Virus record (IMG/VR): IMGVR_UViG_3300027969_000060
Coordinates: 32,001-96,000 of that record
From: a virus
Reading direction: 5' to 3' (one strand)
DNA length: 64,000 nt
Within the stretch, counting starts at the first letter, position 1, and each line of letters starts with the position of its first letter. The notes beneath the pieces are model-generated. The model had not been told where the DNA came from. It did not search any database and saw nothing but the letters and a program-made list of their open reading frames with translations. This document shows, one piece after another, positions 50,496 to 61,100 of this stretch. A program made the translations under genes and the position numbers.

Positions 50496-52718
50496 ATGGG
50501 AATACTTGATTCAGTAACATCAGCTACAACTGCTGTCAGCGGAGCAGTTAATAGTGTAACAAATTTAATAGACACAGGTCCTGCATCTGCGCTGTCAAGT
50601 ATAGGAAGCAGTATTAGCGGAGCATTGGGATCAGTTACTGGTTTATTAAACAGCCTTGGCGGTAGTAAGCTACCGTTGCCCAATATATTATCAAAATATA
50701 CTACTTACAACTATATTATAAGTCTAGGAGTATTAACTGAAAAAGATATAAATTTTCCTGATACAAATTATATGGCTGGAAAATCATTCCCATTAATTTG
50801 TAAAAGTGCAAATGCAGACCCGTACAATCGTGTACAAACTGCGTATGGAAAATTCGACTTCTTTATAGATAATATAATCTTACAACACCAAATGGGTTGG
50901 GACAAAAATAATAACAGCAATGTTACAAATATAAAATTTGATTTGACCGAACCATTTAGCATGGGTATGTTTTTAATTGCCTGCCAAACAGCCGCCTATC
51001 AATGCGGATGGAAAAACTACAGAGATGCACCTTACGTTATTAAAATTGAGTTTCGAGGAAACAACCCGGGGTCGATGGTTACAGTTCCAAATACAACAAG
51101 ATATATTCCTTTAAAATTAACAAACACCGCAATGACTGTTAGTGAAAAAGGTGCAAAATATGCTTGTAGTGGTATTGCATGGAACGCTAGTGCGTTTAGT
51201 ACAAGAACTGCAAATCTTTCAACAGACACCTCAATCAAAGGAGCAACAGTACAAGAAGTTTTGCAAACTGGACCAAAAAGTTTACAATCAGTATTAAATG
51301 CAAGAGAATTAGAGTTAAAAAAAGATGGTACTGTAGAAGAACCTGACGAGTATATTATTTTATTTCCAACAGATCCTGCAAGCTCTGCAACTCCTGCAGG
51401 CGCCGGCGATAGTGCTGAATCAACAGATTCAGCTACCACATCAACATCAACAACATCAACTGGCGGTAGCGGAAGTTTAGAAGAAAAACTTGGAGTTTCT
51501 AAAAGTAAAATTAATAACACACTAGTACAACCAGACGGCGTATGTAATGCGTTAGGTAAAGCAAGCATGGGATACGGATTAGATAAACAAGGCGACCCTG
51601 CATTTGGCTCAGAGCAAAAAGTATGGGATCCTACCAATAAAGTGTGGATACGGGCAAATGCCAAATCTGCTATAACTGAAGGTGAATTTCGATTTGCACA
51701 AGACTCAGATATTCCTAATGCTATTAACCAAGTATTATTAAAAAGCGATTATCCAACCCAAGCACTTGATGTAGCACAAGTAAATGCAGAAGGATTAAGA
51801 CAGTGGTGGCACATTGATACTCAAATTTATACTAAAGGCGGCTCAGAAAATTTGAATACTGGTACAAAGGCACGATTAATTGTTTATAGGGTATTGCCTT
51901 ACGAAGTTAGCGTTGCATCAACTAATCCTCCAAATACAGCCCCACCGGGTGTTGATAATCTTAAAAAGCAATCAGTAAAAGAATATAATTACATTTTTAC
52001 TGGAAAGAATACAGAAGTTTTAAGATTTGATATTAAATTTAATGCGGCGTTTCAATCATCGCTTGCATCTGATAACTTTAAAAGAGGTCAGGGCGTACAA
52101 ACTGCAGAAACTGATAGCACATCTACATCTGAAAAAGACACAGACATTGAGTTGCCAAAAGGAAATTTACCTTCTGATAAACTAGGCGTTATACCAACTA
52201 CTAGTAACCGTAAGAAAAATATAACCTCTACAGACGGGCAGGGCGGAGGTGGAGAGGAAAATGAAGTTACTCGTGCTGCCAGGATATTTCATGATGCAAT
52301 AACTAGGGGTAATGATATGTTAAGTTTGAATATGGATATATGGGGAGATCCTTATTATATTGCACAAAGCGGCCAGGGTAATTACACATCTAAAGCTACA
52401 TCATTTAAAAATTTAAATTCCGACGGAACAGTAAACTATCAAAACGGTGAAGTATATGTTACTGTTAATTTTAGAACTCCCATTGATATTAACCAAGCAA
52501 CTGGCCTTTATAAATTTTCTAATAACTCAGCACCAGTTGTAGCATTTAGCGGATTATATAGAGTTACAAATGTTACAAGTACTTTCCTAGGCGGGTCTTT
52601 TAAACAGACGTTAAAAGGCCAGCGCATGCCACAACAAGAGAATCCAAATGTTGGCACAAAAGAGCAAACGTATTCTATCAGCAATAAGAAACCTTCGCCT
52701 CCAGATCCAAATGAATAA
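50496..52718 (+). CDS. Baseplate hub protein (gp27/VgrG N-terminal-like)
   Basis: Between the gp53-like and spike genes; C-terminal MDIWGDPYY...FSGLYRVTNVTSTF.GG.FKQTL. Confidence 0.6.
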   Translation: MGILDSVTSATTAVSGAVNSVTNLIDTGPASALSSIGSSISGALGSVTGLLNSLGGSKLPLPNILSKYTTYNYIISLGVLTEKDINFPDTNYMAGKSFPLICKSANADPYNRVQTAYGKFDFFIDNIILQHQMGWDKNNNSNVTNIKFDLTEPFSMGMFLIACQTAAYQCGWKNYRDAPYVIKIEFRGNNPGSMVTVPNTTRYIPLKLTNTAMTVSEKGAKYACSGIAWNASAFSTRTANLSTDTSIKGATVQEVLQTGPKSLQSVLNARELELKKDGTVEEPDEYIILFPTDPASSATPAGAGDSAESTDSATTSTSTTSTGGSGSLEEKLGVSKSKINNTLVQPDGVCNALGKASMGYGLDKQGDPAFGSEQKVWDPTNKVWIRANAKSAITEGEFRFAQDSDIPNAINQVLLKSDYPTQALDVAQVNAEGLRQWWHIDTQIYTKGGSENLNTGTKARLIVYRVLPYEVSVASTNPPNTAPPGVDNLKKQSVKEYNYIFTGKNTEVLRFDIKFNAAFQSSLASDNFKRGQGVQTAETDSTSTSEKDTDIELPKGNLPSDKLGVIPTTSNRKKNITSTDGQGGGGEENEVTRAARIFHDAITRGNDMLSLNMDIWGDPYYIAQSGQGNYTSKATSFKNLNSDGTVNYQNGEVYVTVNFRTPIDINQATGLYKFSNNSAPVVAFSGLYRVTNVTSTFLGGSFKQTLKGQRMPQQENPNVGTKEQTYSISNKKPSPPDPNE

Positions 52719-52727
52719 AGGCCTTAC

Positions 52728-54167
52728 ATGAGTGATCAAACAAAAAATTCAGAATATGCAGGGTCGGCGAAACCAACCCCAAATGCAGGCCCGTACCTTG
52801 CTAGGGTAATCGGCCACTTAGATGACAAATATATGGGGTCTCTTGAAGTTGAAATATTACGAGATATTAGTCCCGGAGCTACTGCCGAAGGTAAACCTAT
52901 TAGGGCAAAAATGTTAACTCCATTTTTTGGAACAACCTTCTCTGGAACCCCACAAACAGAAAATAACACCTATGACGAAACACAAAAGTCGTACGGCATG
53001 TGGTTTGTGCCACCTGATGTAGGTAGCCTAGTTATGGTAATTTATGTAAGGGGAAACTCTGCTGATCCTTACTGGTTTGGATGTATTCCTAGTGAAGGCA
53101 TGAATTTTAGCGTTCCTGGTCTTGCGGCAACTGAGTACGTGGTAGAGGGCGGTGGAAGAATACCGGTAGCTGAATTTAATAAAAAAGCAAATTCGCAAGT
53201 ACAAGATGCCACAAAAATTAAAAAACCTCGCCATCGTATTGCTGATGTTTTAGAAACACAAGGATTGTTAAAAGATGATACTAGAGGTATTACTACTAGT
53301 TCTGCTCGCCGAGAATTTCCTAGCGCAGTATTTGGAATTAGCACTCCTGGCCCAGTAGATAAAAAAGGTCCTAGTGCAAAACAAGGAAAAGTAGGAGAAC
53401 AAGCAAACGTTCCTAAAAGTAGGTTAGGCGGAACAACGCTGGTAATGGATGACGGCGATGATAAGTTTATTCGTAAGACATCTGCAGAAACTGGACCGCC
53501 AGAATATATAGGTAAAGAGTTAGGTAACTCTGGTGGTGATCCTGGAATTCCTCATAACGAATTATTCCGTATCCGTACTAGAACCGGACATCAGATTTTA
53601 CTTCACAATTCAGAAGATTTAATCTACATTGGTAATGCCAAAGGCACTACTTGGATTGAAATGACAAGTAATGGAAAGATTGATATCTATGCTAAAGACA
53701 GTGTAAGTGTCCATACAGAAAATGATATAAATTTTACTGCTGATAGAGATATCAACATGACAGCTAAAGGTAATATTAATTTTAATTCTACCGGTTTAAC
53801 AAACTTGTCATCAACTGGTAATTTTAATATCAACTCAGCAGGCGCGGCAAATATAACAGCCGCAGGTGCAAGCAACATTAATGCCGGCACTCACACTGAA
53901 ACCGCTGGTACTATTAATATGAATGGCCCGGTTGCCGCCAAAGCAGTTAAGGCTCCTAAAGCAGTTCGAATACCGACTGCAGAACCATGGAAGGGACACG
54001 AAAACTTAGATCCGGCGCTATTTACGCCAGCAAAAACAAAAGCAGTTGTTCCAGCAGCCGGCGCAAATCCAGTAGAGGCAAAAATTCCAACTCCTGAAAA
54101 ATTTGGAAAGTATACAACTGAAACAGATACCTTTGCTAATGTAAAAGGCCCAGAACCACAGGAATAA
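52728..54167 (+). CDS. gp5: Baseplate central spike, gp5-like (OB-fold plus beta-helix; no lysozyme domain seen)
   Basis: GPYLARVIGHLD..YMG.LEV, SYGMWFVPPDVGS.V.V, RIRTRTGHQILL, short-period beta repeats (DINFTADRDINMTA), EPWKGHE. Confidence 0.75.
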   Translation: MSDQTKNSEYAGSAKPTPNAGPYLARVIGHLDDKYMGSLEVEILRDISPGATAEGKPIRAKMLTPFFGTTFSGTPQTENNTYDETQKSYGMWFVPPDVGSLVMVIYVRGNSADPYWFGCIPSEGMNFSVPGLAATEYVVEGGGRIPVAEFNKKANSQVQDATKIKKPRHRIADVLETQGLLKDDTRGITTSSARREFPSAVFGISTPGPVDKKGPSAKQGKVGEQANVPKSRLGGTTLVMDDGDDKFIRKTSAETGPPEYIGKELGNSGGDPGIPHNELFRIRTRTGHQILLHNSEDLIYIGNAKGTTWIEMTSNGKIDIYAKDSVSVHTENDINFTADRDINMTAKGNINFNSTGLTNLSSTGNFNINSAGAANITAAGASNINAGTHTETAGTINMNGPVAAKAVKAPKAVRIPTAEPWKGHENLDPALFTPAKTKAVVPAAGANPVEAKIPTPEKFGKYTTETDTFANVKGPEPQE

Positions 54168-54171
54168 CACT

Positions 54172-54612
54172 ATGTCAAATTCATCATTATATAACAAAAT
54201 TGTATTACCAGCCGCTAATAGAAACGAGGACATTACTTCGCAGATGTATAGAGGTTTCAGTACTATCAGCGCCGACGCCGAAAACTTTAGTCTTTATGAT
54301 CTTAGTTTGATCAAACAAGATTTATTGAACCATTTTCATGTGCGCCAAACTGAACGGTTAATGAATCCTGAATTTGGCACTATTATTTGGGACTTATTGT
54401 TTGAGCCACTAACAGAAGAATTGAAAATGTTGATAACTGAAAATGTTAATGATATTATCAACTATGACCCACGAATTAGGGCAGAACAAGTGACAGTAAC
54501 GGCATACGAAAGCGGCATTCAAATTGAGTGTTTACTAACCTACTTACCTTATAATATTAGTCAAGCAATGCAACTACGCTTCGACCAAGCAAATGGTTTA
54601 TTAGCACTATAA
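54172..54612 (+). CDS. gp25: Baseplate wedge protein, gp25-like
   Basis: LIKQDLLNHF.VR..ER.MNPEFGTIIWDLLFEPL...I..YDPRI. Confidence 0.9.
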   Translation: MSNSSLYNKIVLPAANRNEDITSQMYRGFSTISADAENFSLYDLSLIKQDLLNHFHVRQTERLMNPEFGTIIWDLLFEPLTEELKMLITENVNDIINYDPRIRAEQVTVTAYESGIQIECLLTYLPYNISQAMQLRFDQANGLLAL

Positions 54613-54659
54613 TGTATGCACATAATTTTATTCGATAAATATTAATATTAGGATACCCC

Positions 54660-57600
54660 ATGAGCGCAACTGATAGACAAAACAGATTACTTGTAGCAGA
54701 AGATTGGAAAAAAGTCTACCAATCATTCCGTAACGCAGATTTCCAAAGCTATGATTTTGAAAATTTGCGTCGCACTATGATCGATTATATCCGTCAGAAT
54801 TATCCTGAAGACTATAACGATTATATTGAATCTAGCGAATATCTTGCGCTTATTGATTTAATTGCGTTCCTTGGGCAAAGTATTGCCTTCCGTGTAGACT
54901 TAAATGCTCGTGAAAATTTCTTAGAATTAGCAGAACGCCGCGAATCAGTATTGCGTTTAGCAAGGATGCTTAGTTATAATGCAAAGCGTAATATTCCAGC
55001 TCAGGGATTGTTAAAGTTTGCTACTGTTCAAACATCACAAAACGTGATTGATAGCAACGGTCGTAATTTATCTAATCAAGTAATTACATGGAATGACCCA
55101 AGTAATGATAATTGGTACGATCAGTTTATTAAAGTAATGAACTCTGCATTTATACAAACTCAACAGTTTGGTAATCCTGCTGACAAAGCAACTATCTATA
55201 ATATTCCCACAGAACAATACAGATTTAATGGATCAAACACTGATGTTCCAGTGTATAGTTTTACAAAAACTGTATCGGGTCGATCAATGAATTTTGAAAT
55301 CACTAGCACTACGTTTGCTGGAGAAAATTATATCTACGAAGAAGCTCCAAAGATCGGTAATCGTTTAGCATGTGTTTATAAAGATGACGGCCGCGGCCCC
55401 GGCAGTCGATCATCTGGATTCTTTTTAAATTTCACACAAGGTACATTAAACACTGGATCGTTTACTGTTAACCAACCAAACTCTAACGAGTCGATTGATA
55501 TTGAGTCAACTAATATTAATAATAATGATGTTTGGTTATATCGACTAGACCAGAATGGCCTTGAAGCAGAAAAATGGACTAAAGTTCCTGACTTTGAAGG
55601 AAATAATGTCATCTACAATAGTGTTAATAAAAATATTAGAAATATTTATGGTGTAGTTACACGAGCCGGCGATGCAGTTAGTTTAGCGTTCAGTGACGGG
55701 ACATTCGGCAACAAACCATTAGGCACATTTAGAGTATACTATAGAATTAGTAACGGATTGTCATATACTGTTAATGTTCCGGATATACGTAGCGTCTCTA
55801 TATCAATTCCCTATTACAGCGCATCTAATCAATTAGAAACATTGACAGTTTCTTTAGCGTTGGCATCAAGTGTTGCTAATGCAGATGTATCTGAACCCAG
55901 CGACAGTATTAAAGCCAATGCACCCGCAACATATTATACACAAAATCGTATGATTACAGGCGAAGATTATAATATTAGTCCGTTATCTGCAACAACTCAA
56001 GTAGCAAAAATTAAATCAGTTAACAGAACAAGTAGTGGTATTAGTCGATACTTTGATCTTGTTGATCCAACAGGCAAATACAGTTCAACAAATTTGTTTG
56101 CCGATGACGGAGTAGTTTATAAAGAAGAATTTAATAGTCAAACTAGATTCTCATACGCTAATAAAACAGACATTGAAGGTATTATATACAACACAGTATT
56201 TGATATTTTAGATAGTGCAAATTTAAGAAACTTTTATTATTCAAAGTTCATGGTGTATATTACATCTAGTCTTAATATTATTTGGAATAAAATTACAACT
56301 GATACCGGAATGTCCACAGGCCATATCGGAGATGCTAATGACGGCACAATTTATAAAGTTGGATCTTACACTTCAACAGATTTAAAATACTTAATGCCCG
56401 GTGCATTGGTAAAATTCATAGCACCGACTGGATATTATTTTGATACAACAAACAATAATGCATTAGTTACAATAACTATTCCGGCAGCGCCTGAAACAAG
56501 TTCTTATATATGGGCTGAAGTAATATCTGTTGCCGACGACGGTACAGCCGCAGGTAAGGGAGTGCTTACTAGTGGGTTTGGGCCAGTTAAATTAAATAGG
56601 ATAGTTCCGTCAACATCAGTAATAACACAAATTATACCTAAATGGAGAACAGTTGTTGAAAGTACAACAATTACTTCGATGATTGATTTAATATTTGCAA
56701 ACAAGCCGTTTGGTATTCGATACGATCCAACGCCATCTCCTACTCCAGGCTGGAAGATAGTGTTTGAATCAAATTTAAATATAATTTCAAAATTTAGTTT
56801 AGGTAAACAAGGCGACATTTCCAACCAGCAACAAGATGCCAGTTGGATGTTATTGTTTACAACAGATAACGAATACTACACTATTACTAGTAGAGAGCAA
56901 CGCTACCTATTTGAAAGCGATGCCCAAGTACGATTTTACTTTGACAGCAACAACAAAATTTATGATAGTAGATCTAATTCAGTTGTTAAAGATAACATCA
57001 ATATATTGAGTATTAATACTAAACCTAGAAATACACTTTCTTTTACTAATAATTTAGTATGGGATGTTGTTTCAGAATATATTGGTATAGACGGATATGT
57101 TGATACTAAAAAATTAATAGTATCGTTTGCTGATAGTGATGATAATAGTGTTGTTGACGATCCAGAATTATTTTTAAATATTGTTGATCCACCTTCTGTG
57201 GCAGAAACAGACCTAACTATTTTAAAAAGAACATATATTTTACAACAGAAATATCTAATTAGCCAAGGGCAAGAAGATTACAAGTATGTTAATAATTCTA
57301 ATGATAAAGTTAAAATACTACCTACTGAAAATGATGCATATACATTTACTGGCGGGTTAACATACTGGGCTGATAGCCAGTATTTTTATTTTGTAGATAC
57401 TGGCGTTGTTAAACAATTAAATTTAACACTTGGAAAATTAATTCCAAGTTTAGATTATAAAGTGTTTGTTGGTAGAGATAATTTAAAATTCCAATACACC
57501 CATAGTGCAGATTATGAATCAAGAGTTGATCCGGGCGCAAGTAATATCATTGACATATATGTTTTAACAAAACGATACGACACACAATTTAGGCAGTGGC

Positions 57601-58169
57601 TATCTGGTGCAATTACTTCTAAGCCACTACCACCGAGCTCGGATGAATTATCAGATATTATTTCTCCTACGTTAGATCCTATTAAATCTATCAGCGATGA
57701 AATAGTGTATCATCCAGTAAGTTATAAAATTTTATTTGGGCCACTTGCAGATGCAGATGTGAGAGTATCTTTTAAAATTGTAAAAAATTCAGGACAAGTA
57801 ATTTCAGATAACGATATTAAGTCAAGAGCAATTACAGCTATTAATCAATTTTTTGCTTTAGAAAATTGGGAGTTTGGCGATACGTTTTATTTTACAGAAT
57901 TATCAACCTATGTGGTAAATCAATTAGCCCCATATGTTTCTAATTTTGTTATAGTACCTAGACAGTCTGGTCTTAATTTTGGTAGTTTATTTGAAATTAA
58001 ATCAGCAAATGACCAGTTGTTTGTTAACGGAGCATCAGTAAACGATATTGATATTATCACAGGAATTACATCTAGTGCAATCAAATCAGTTAGCGGAACA
58101 CTGATTAACTCAACAGCAAGCGGACAACAAACAGTAACAAGCTCAACCTACGGATCAACAAATGGCTGA
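54660..58169 (+). CDS. gp6: Baseplate wedge protein, gp6-like
   Basis: SYDFENLR..M..YI, N.RENFLELAERRESVLRLA.ML.Y, FSDGTFGNKP, IKANAPATYYTQNRMITGEDY. Confidence 0.85.
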   Translation: MSATDRQNRLLVAEDWKKVYQSFRNADFQSYDFENLRRTMIDYIRQNYPEDYNDYIESSEYLALIDLIAFLGQSIAFRVDLNARENFLELAERRESVLRLARMLSYNAKRNIPAQGLLKFATVQTSQNVIDSNGRNLSNQVITWNDPSNDNWYDQFIKVMNSAFIQTQQFGNPADKATIYNIPTEQYRFNGSNTDVPVYSFTKTVSGRSMNFEITSTTFAGENYIYEEAPKIGNRLACVYKDDGRGPGSRSSGFFLNFTQGTLNTGSFTVNQPNSNESIDIESTNINNNDVWLYRLDQNGLEAEKWTKVPDFEGNNVIYNSVNKNIRNIYGVVTRAGDAVSLAFSDGTFGNKPLGTFRVYYRISNGLSYTVNVPDIRSVSISIPYYSASNQLETLTVSLALASSVANADVSEPSDSIKANAPATYYTQNRMITGEDYNISPLSATTQVAKIKSVNRTSSGISRYFDLVDPTGKYSSTNLFADDGVVYKEEFNSQTRFSYANKTDIEGIIYNTVFDILDSANLRNFYYSKFMVYITSSLNIIWNKITTDTGMSTGHIGDANDGTIYKVGSYTSTDLKYLMPGALVKFIAPTGYYFDTTNNNALVTITIPAAPETSSYIWAEVISVADDGTAAGKGVLTSGFGPVKLNRIVPSTSVITQIIPKWRTVVESTTITSMIDLIFANKPFGIRYDPTPSPTPGWKIVFESNLNIISKFSLGKQGDISNQQQDASWMLLFTTDNEYYTITSREQRYLFESDAQVRFYFDSNNKIYDSRSNSVVKDNINILSINTKPRNTLSFTNNLVWDVVSEYIGIDGYVDTKKLIVSFADSDDNSVVDDPELFLNIVDPPSVAETDLTILKRTYILQQKYLISQGQEDYKYVNNSNDKVKILPTENDAYTFTGGLTYWADSQYFYFVDTGVVKQLNLTLGKLIPSLDYKVFVGRDNLKFQYTHSADYESRVDPGASNIIDIYVLTKRYDTQFRQWLSGAITSKPLPPSSDELSDIISPTLDPIKSISDEIVYHPVSYKILFGPLADADVRVSFKIVKNSGQVISDNDIKSRAITAINQFFALENWEFGDTFYFTELSTYVVNQLAPYVSNFVIVPRQSGLNFGSLFEIKSANDQLFVNGASVNDIDIITGITSSAIKSVSGTLINSTASGQQTVTSSTYGSTNG

Positions 58170-61100
58170 TAGTATTAATCCAAACAATAAAAATCAATCT
58201 GCAAATTTCCTTCCTCGATTTTATAGAACCGATTCGAATAAGAAATTTACGCAAGCTACTGTTGATCAGTTAATACAAAACGGTACAGTTAAAAAGATTA
58301 ATGGATTTATTGGTAGACAGAATGCTAAAGCATCTACTGCTGATGATATTTTTATTAATGCAGTAACTCCTAACAGGCAAAATTATCAATTAGAGCCAGG
58401 GTTAGTTGTAAAAGATACATTAGACAATGTAACGTTTTTTAAAGATTATCAAGACTATATTAACCAACTCACTGTTTTTGGTAGTAATACAAAGAATCAC
58501 TCAGTTGTAAACGAACAAGAATTTTATTCTTGGGATCCACACATCGACTGGGATAAATTTGTTAACTTTCAAAATTACTACTGGTTACCGTTTGGTCCTG
58601 ATGTTATTAACGTTGCAGGACAACAACAGGCCATCACTAGTACATACACAGTAACTCTTGAGTCTGAAGGTGATAGTTATGAATACATATTCACACCTAA
58701 TGGAATAACCCGTAATCCAACACTAACATTATTTAAGGGACAAACATATACGTTTGACATTGCAAGCCCCGGAAATCCTTTTAGTATTAAAACACAGCGA
58801 ACCGCCGGCACGTTAGATAGATACCAACCGTACGGAATAACTAATTTTGCAGTCGAGCAAGGCACAATTACTTTTACAATGCCTCATGACGCTCCGTCTG
58901 TTTTATACTATGTTAGCGAAAGCGACATTAATCTAGGTGGAGTTATTCATGTTAAGACAATTGACGAAAACACTAGAATTAATGTAGACACTGAAATTTC
59001 AGGAAAGAAATCATATACACTTCCTAACGGCACGCCACTTAGTAACGGCATGAAAGTTAAATTTATTGGAAACGTTAGCCCTGAAAAATATGCGTCCGGA
59101 GAATTTTATGTTGAGGGTGTTGGCGCAGAAATTAATTTAATTAAGGAATCCGATTTAGAATTAATTAGTGCATATACTACATCTGAATCGGTGTTGTTTG
59201 ATACAACACCATTTGATAATTTACCGTTTAGTGATGCAACTGCATTTGCTGGAACCCGCGATTATATTATAATTAATAGAGCAAGCCCTGACAGAAATCC
59301 ATGGACACGTTACAATCGTTGGTTCCATAAAGATGTTATAAATGCAAGTTCTACTTATAACAACAAAGTACCAAATTTAGACCAGACTGCTAGAGCAGTC
59401 CGACCTATCATTGAATTTGAAGCAGGATTGAAATTATTTAATTTTGGATTAACTGCAACTATAGATGTTGATTTAATTGATAATTATACTACAGATGTGT
59501 TTTCTACAATTGAAGGTGCATTTGGTTACAATGTTGACGGCACCCCATTAGTTAACGGCCACCGAATTTTATTTACGGCTGATACTGACGAGTTTGTAAA
59601 AAATAAAATTTACCGTGTTGAGTTTATTGACGTCCAGCGTTTAAATTCTGGTAGTAGACAAATCCATTTGGTTCTAGAAGAAGAACCAATTGAGTATCAA
59701 GTTGCAATTATTAAACAAGGTGTTATTAATCAAGGACAATCGTATTGGTTTAACGGATCAACATGGATTAAAGGACAACAAAAAACTAGTTTAAATCAAG
59801 CCCCTCTCTTTGATATTGTAGATAACAATAAAGTTAGCTACGGAGATACTAGTATATATGAAGGGTCAACATTTGTAGGAACTAAATTATTTTCTTATAA
59901 AGTTGGTTCAGGAACTAGCGATACTAATTTAGGATTTGCACTTTCTTATAAAAATATTAACAATATTGGTGACATTGTTTTTAATTTTAATATACTAACT
60001 GACACTTTTCGATACAAACAATTAGTAGATGTTATTACGGTTAATACCGACATTGGATTTTTAACACGTATCTCTCCAGAAACACGTATTATAAGTTATA
60101 CTAACGGATGGAAAAAATCAGAAGTCACTGAATACCAAGCTGGCGTTAGAATTTATAAAAATACATACAAGACAATAAGTGGCAAACAAGTACAAATTTT
60201 AAATAATTTTGATATTGACACATTTGACAATAAAGATGATTTAGGTGATTTAGTAGTTAAGGTATACATTAACGGTATTCGTTTAGATAAAGAATTCTGG
60301 GATGTTGTTTCCGGCCCTGTTTATAAGAAAGTAGTATTGACTACTAATATTAAGCCAGCAGATGTATTAACAATTAAAACTTTTGCAAGACAACCAATTA
60401 ATCAAAATGGTTATTATGAAGTTCCGTTAAACTTACAAAATAACCCAATGAATAATCAGATAACTGAATTTACATTAGGTGAAGTAATTGACCACGTTGG
60501 ATCAATTGTTGATAATCTAAATAACTTTAACGGTAGTTATCCTGGCGCAGGTAACTTAAGAGACTTAGGTAATACTACTGCTTACGGTACAAAATTTGTA
60601 CAACATAGCGGACCTCTAGGCTTATCATTGTATCACATTACAAGCCAAGAAAATAACATTATTAAAGCACTAGATGAATCTAAAGAAGATTATAATAAAT
60701 TTAAAAGAAACTTTATATCAATCATTGATACAATTGGGATACACGATACAAACCCCATAACCCAAGTTAATTTAATTTTAAAAGAAATTAACAAAGATGT
60801 TCCAAAGACATCGGCTTATTATTTTAGTGATATGGTTGGTTCAGGCGCCAACATATATAATTCTTATACAGTAATTGATTATAGGATAAAAACATATCCA
60901 TTAAGTGCAGTATTTAATTTAGATGAATTATCAAATAAAGCAGTATATGTTTATTTAAATGGTACTCAGATGTTATTTGATAAGGACTATACATTTAACG
61001 ATCAAGGGTATATTGAAATTACAGATGGCGTTAATTTACAAAATGACGATACTATTACTGTTTACGAATATGAAAATACCGACGGATGCTTTATTCCACA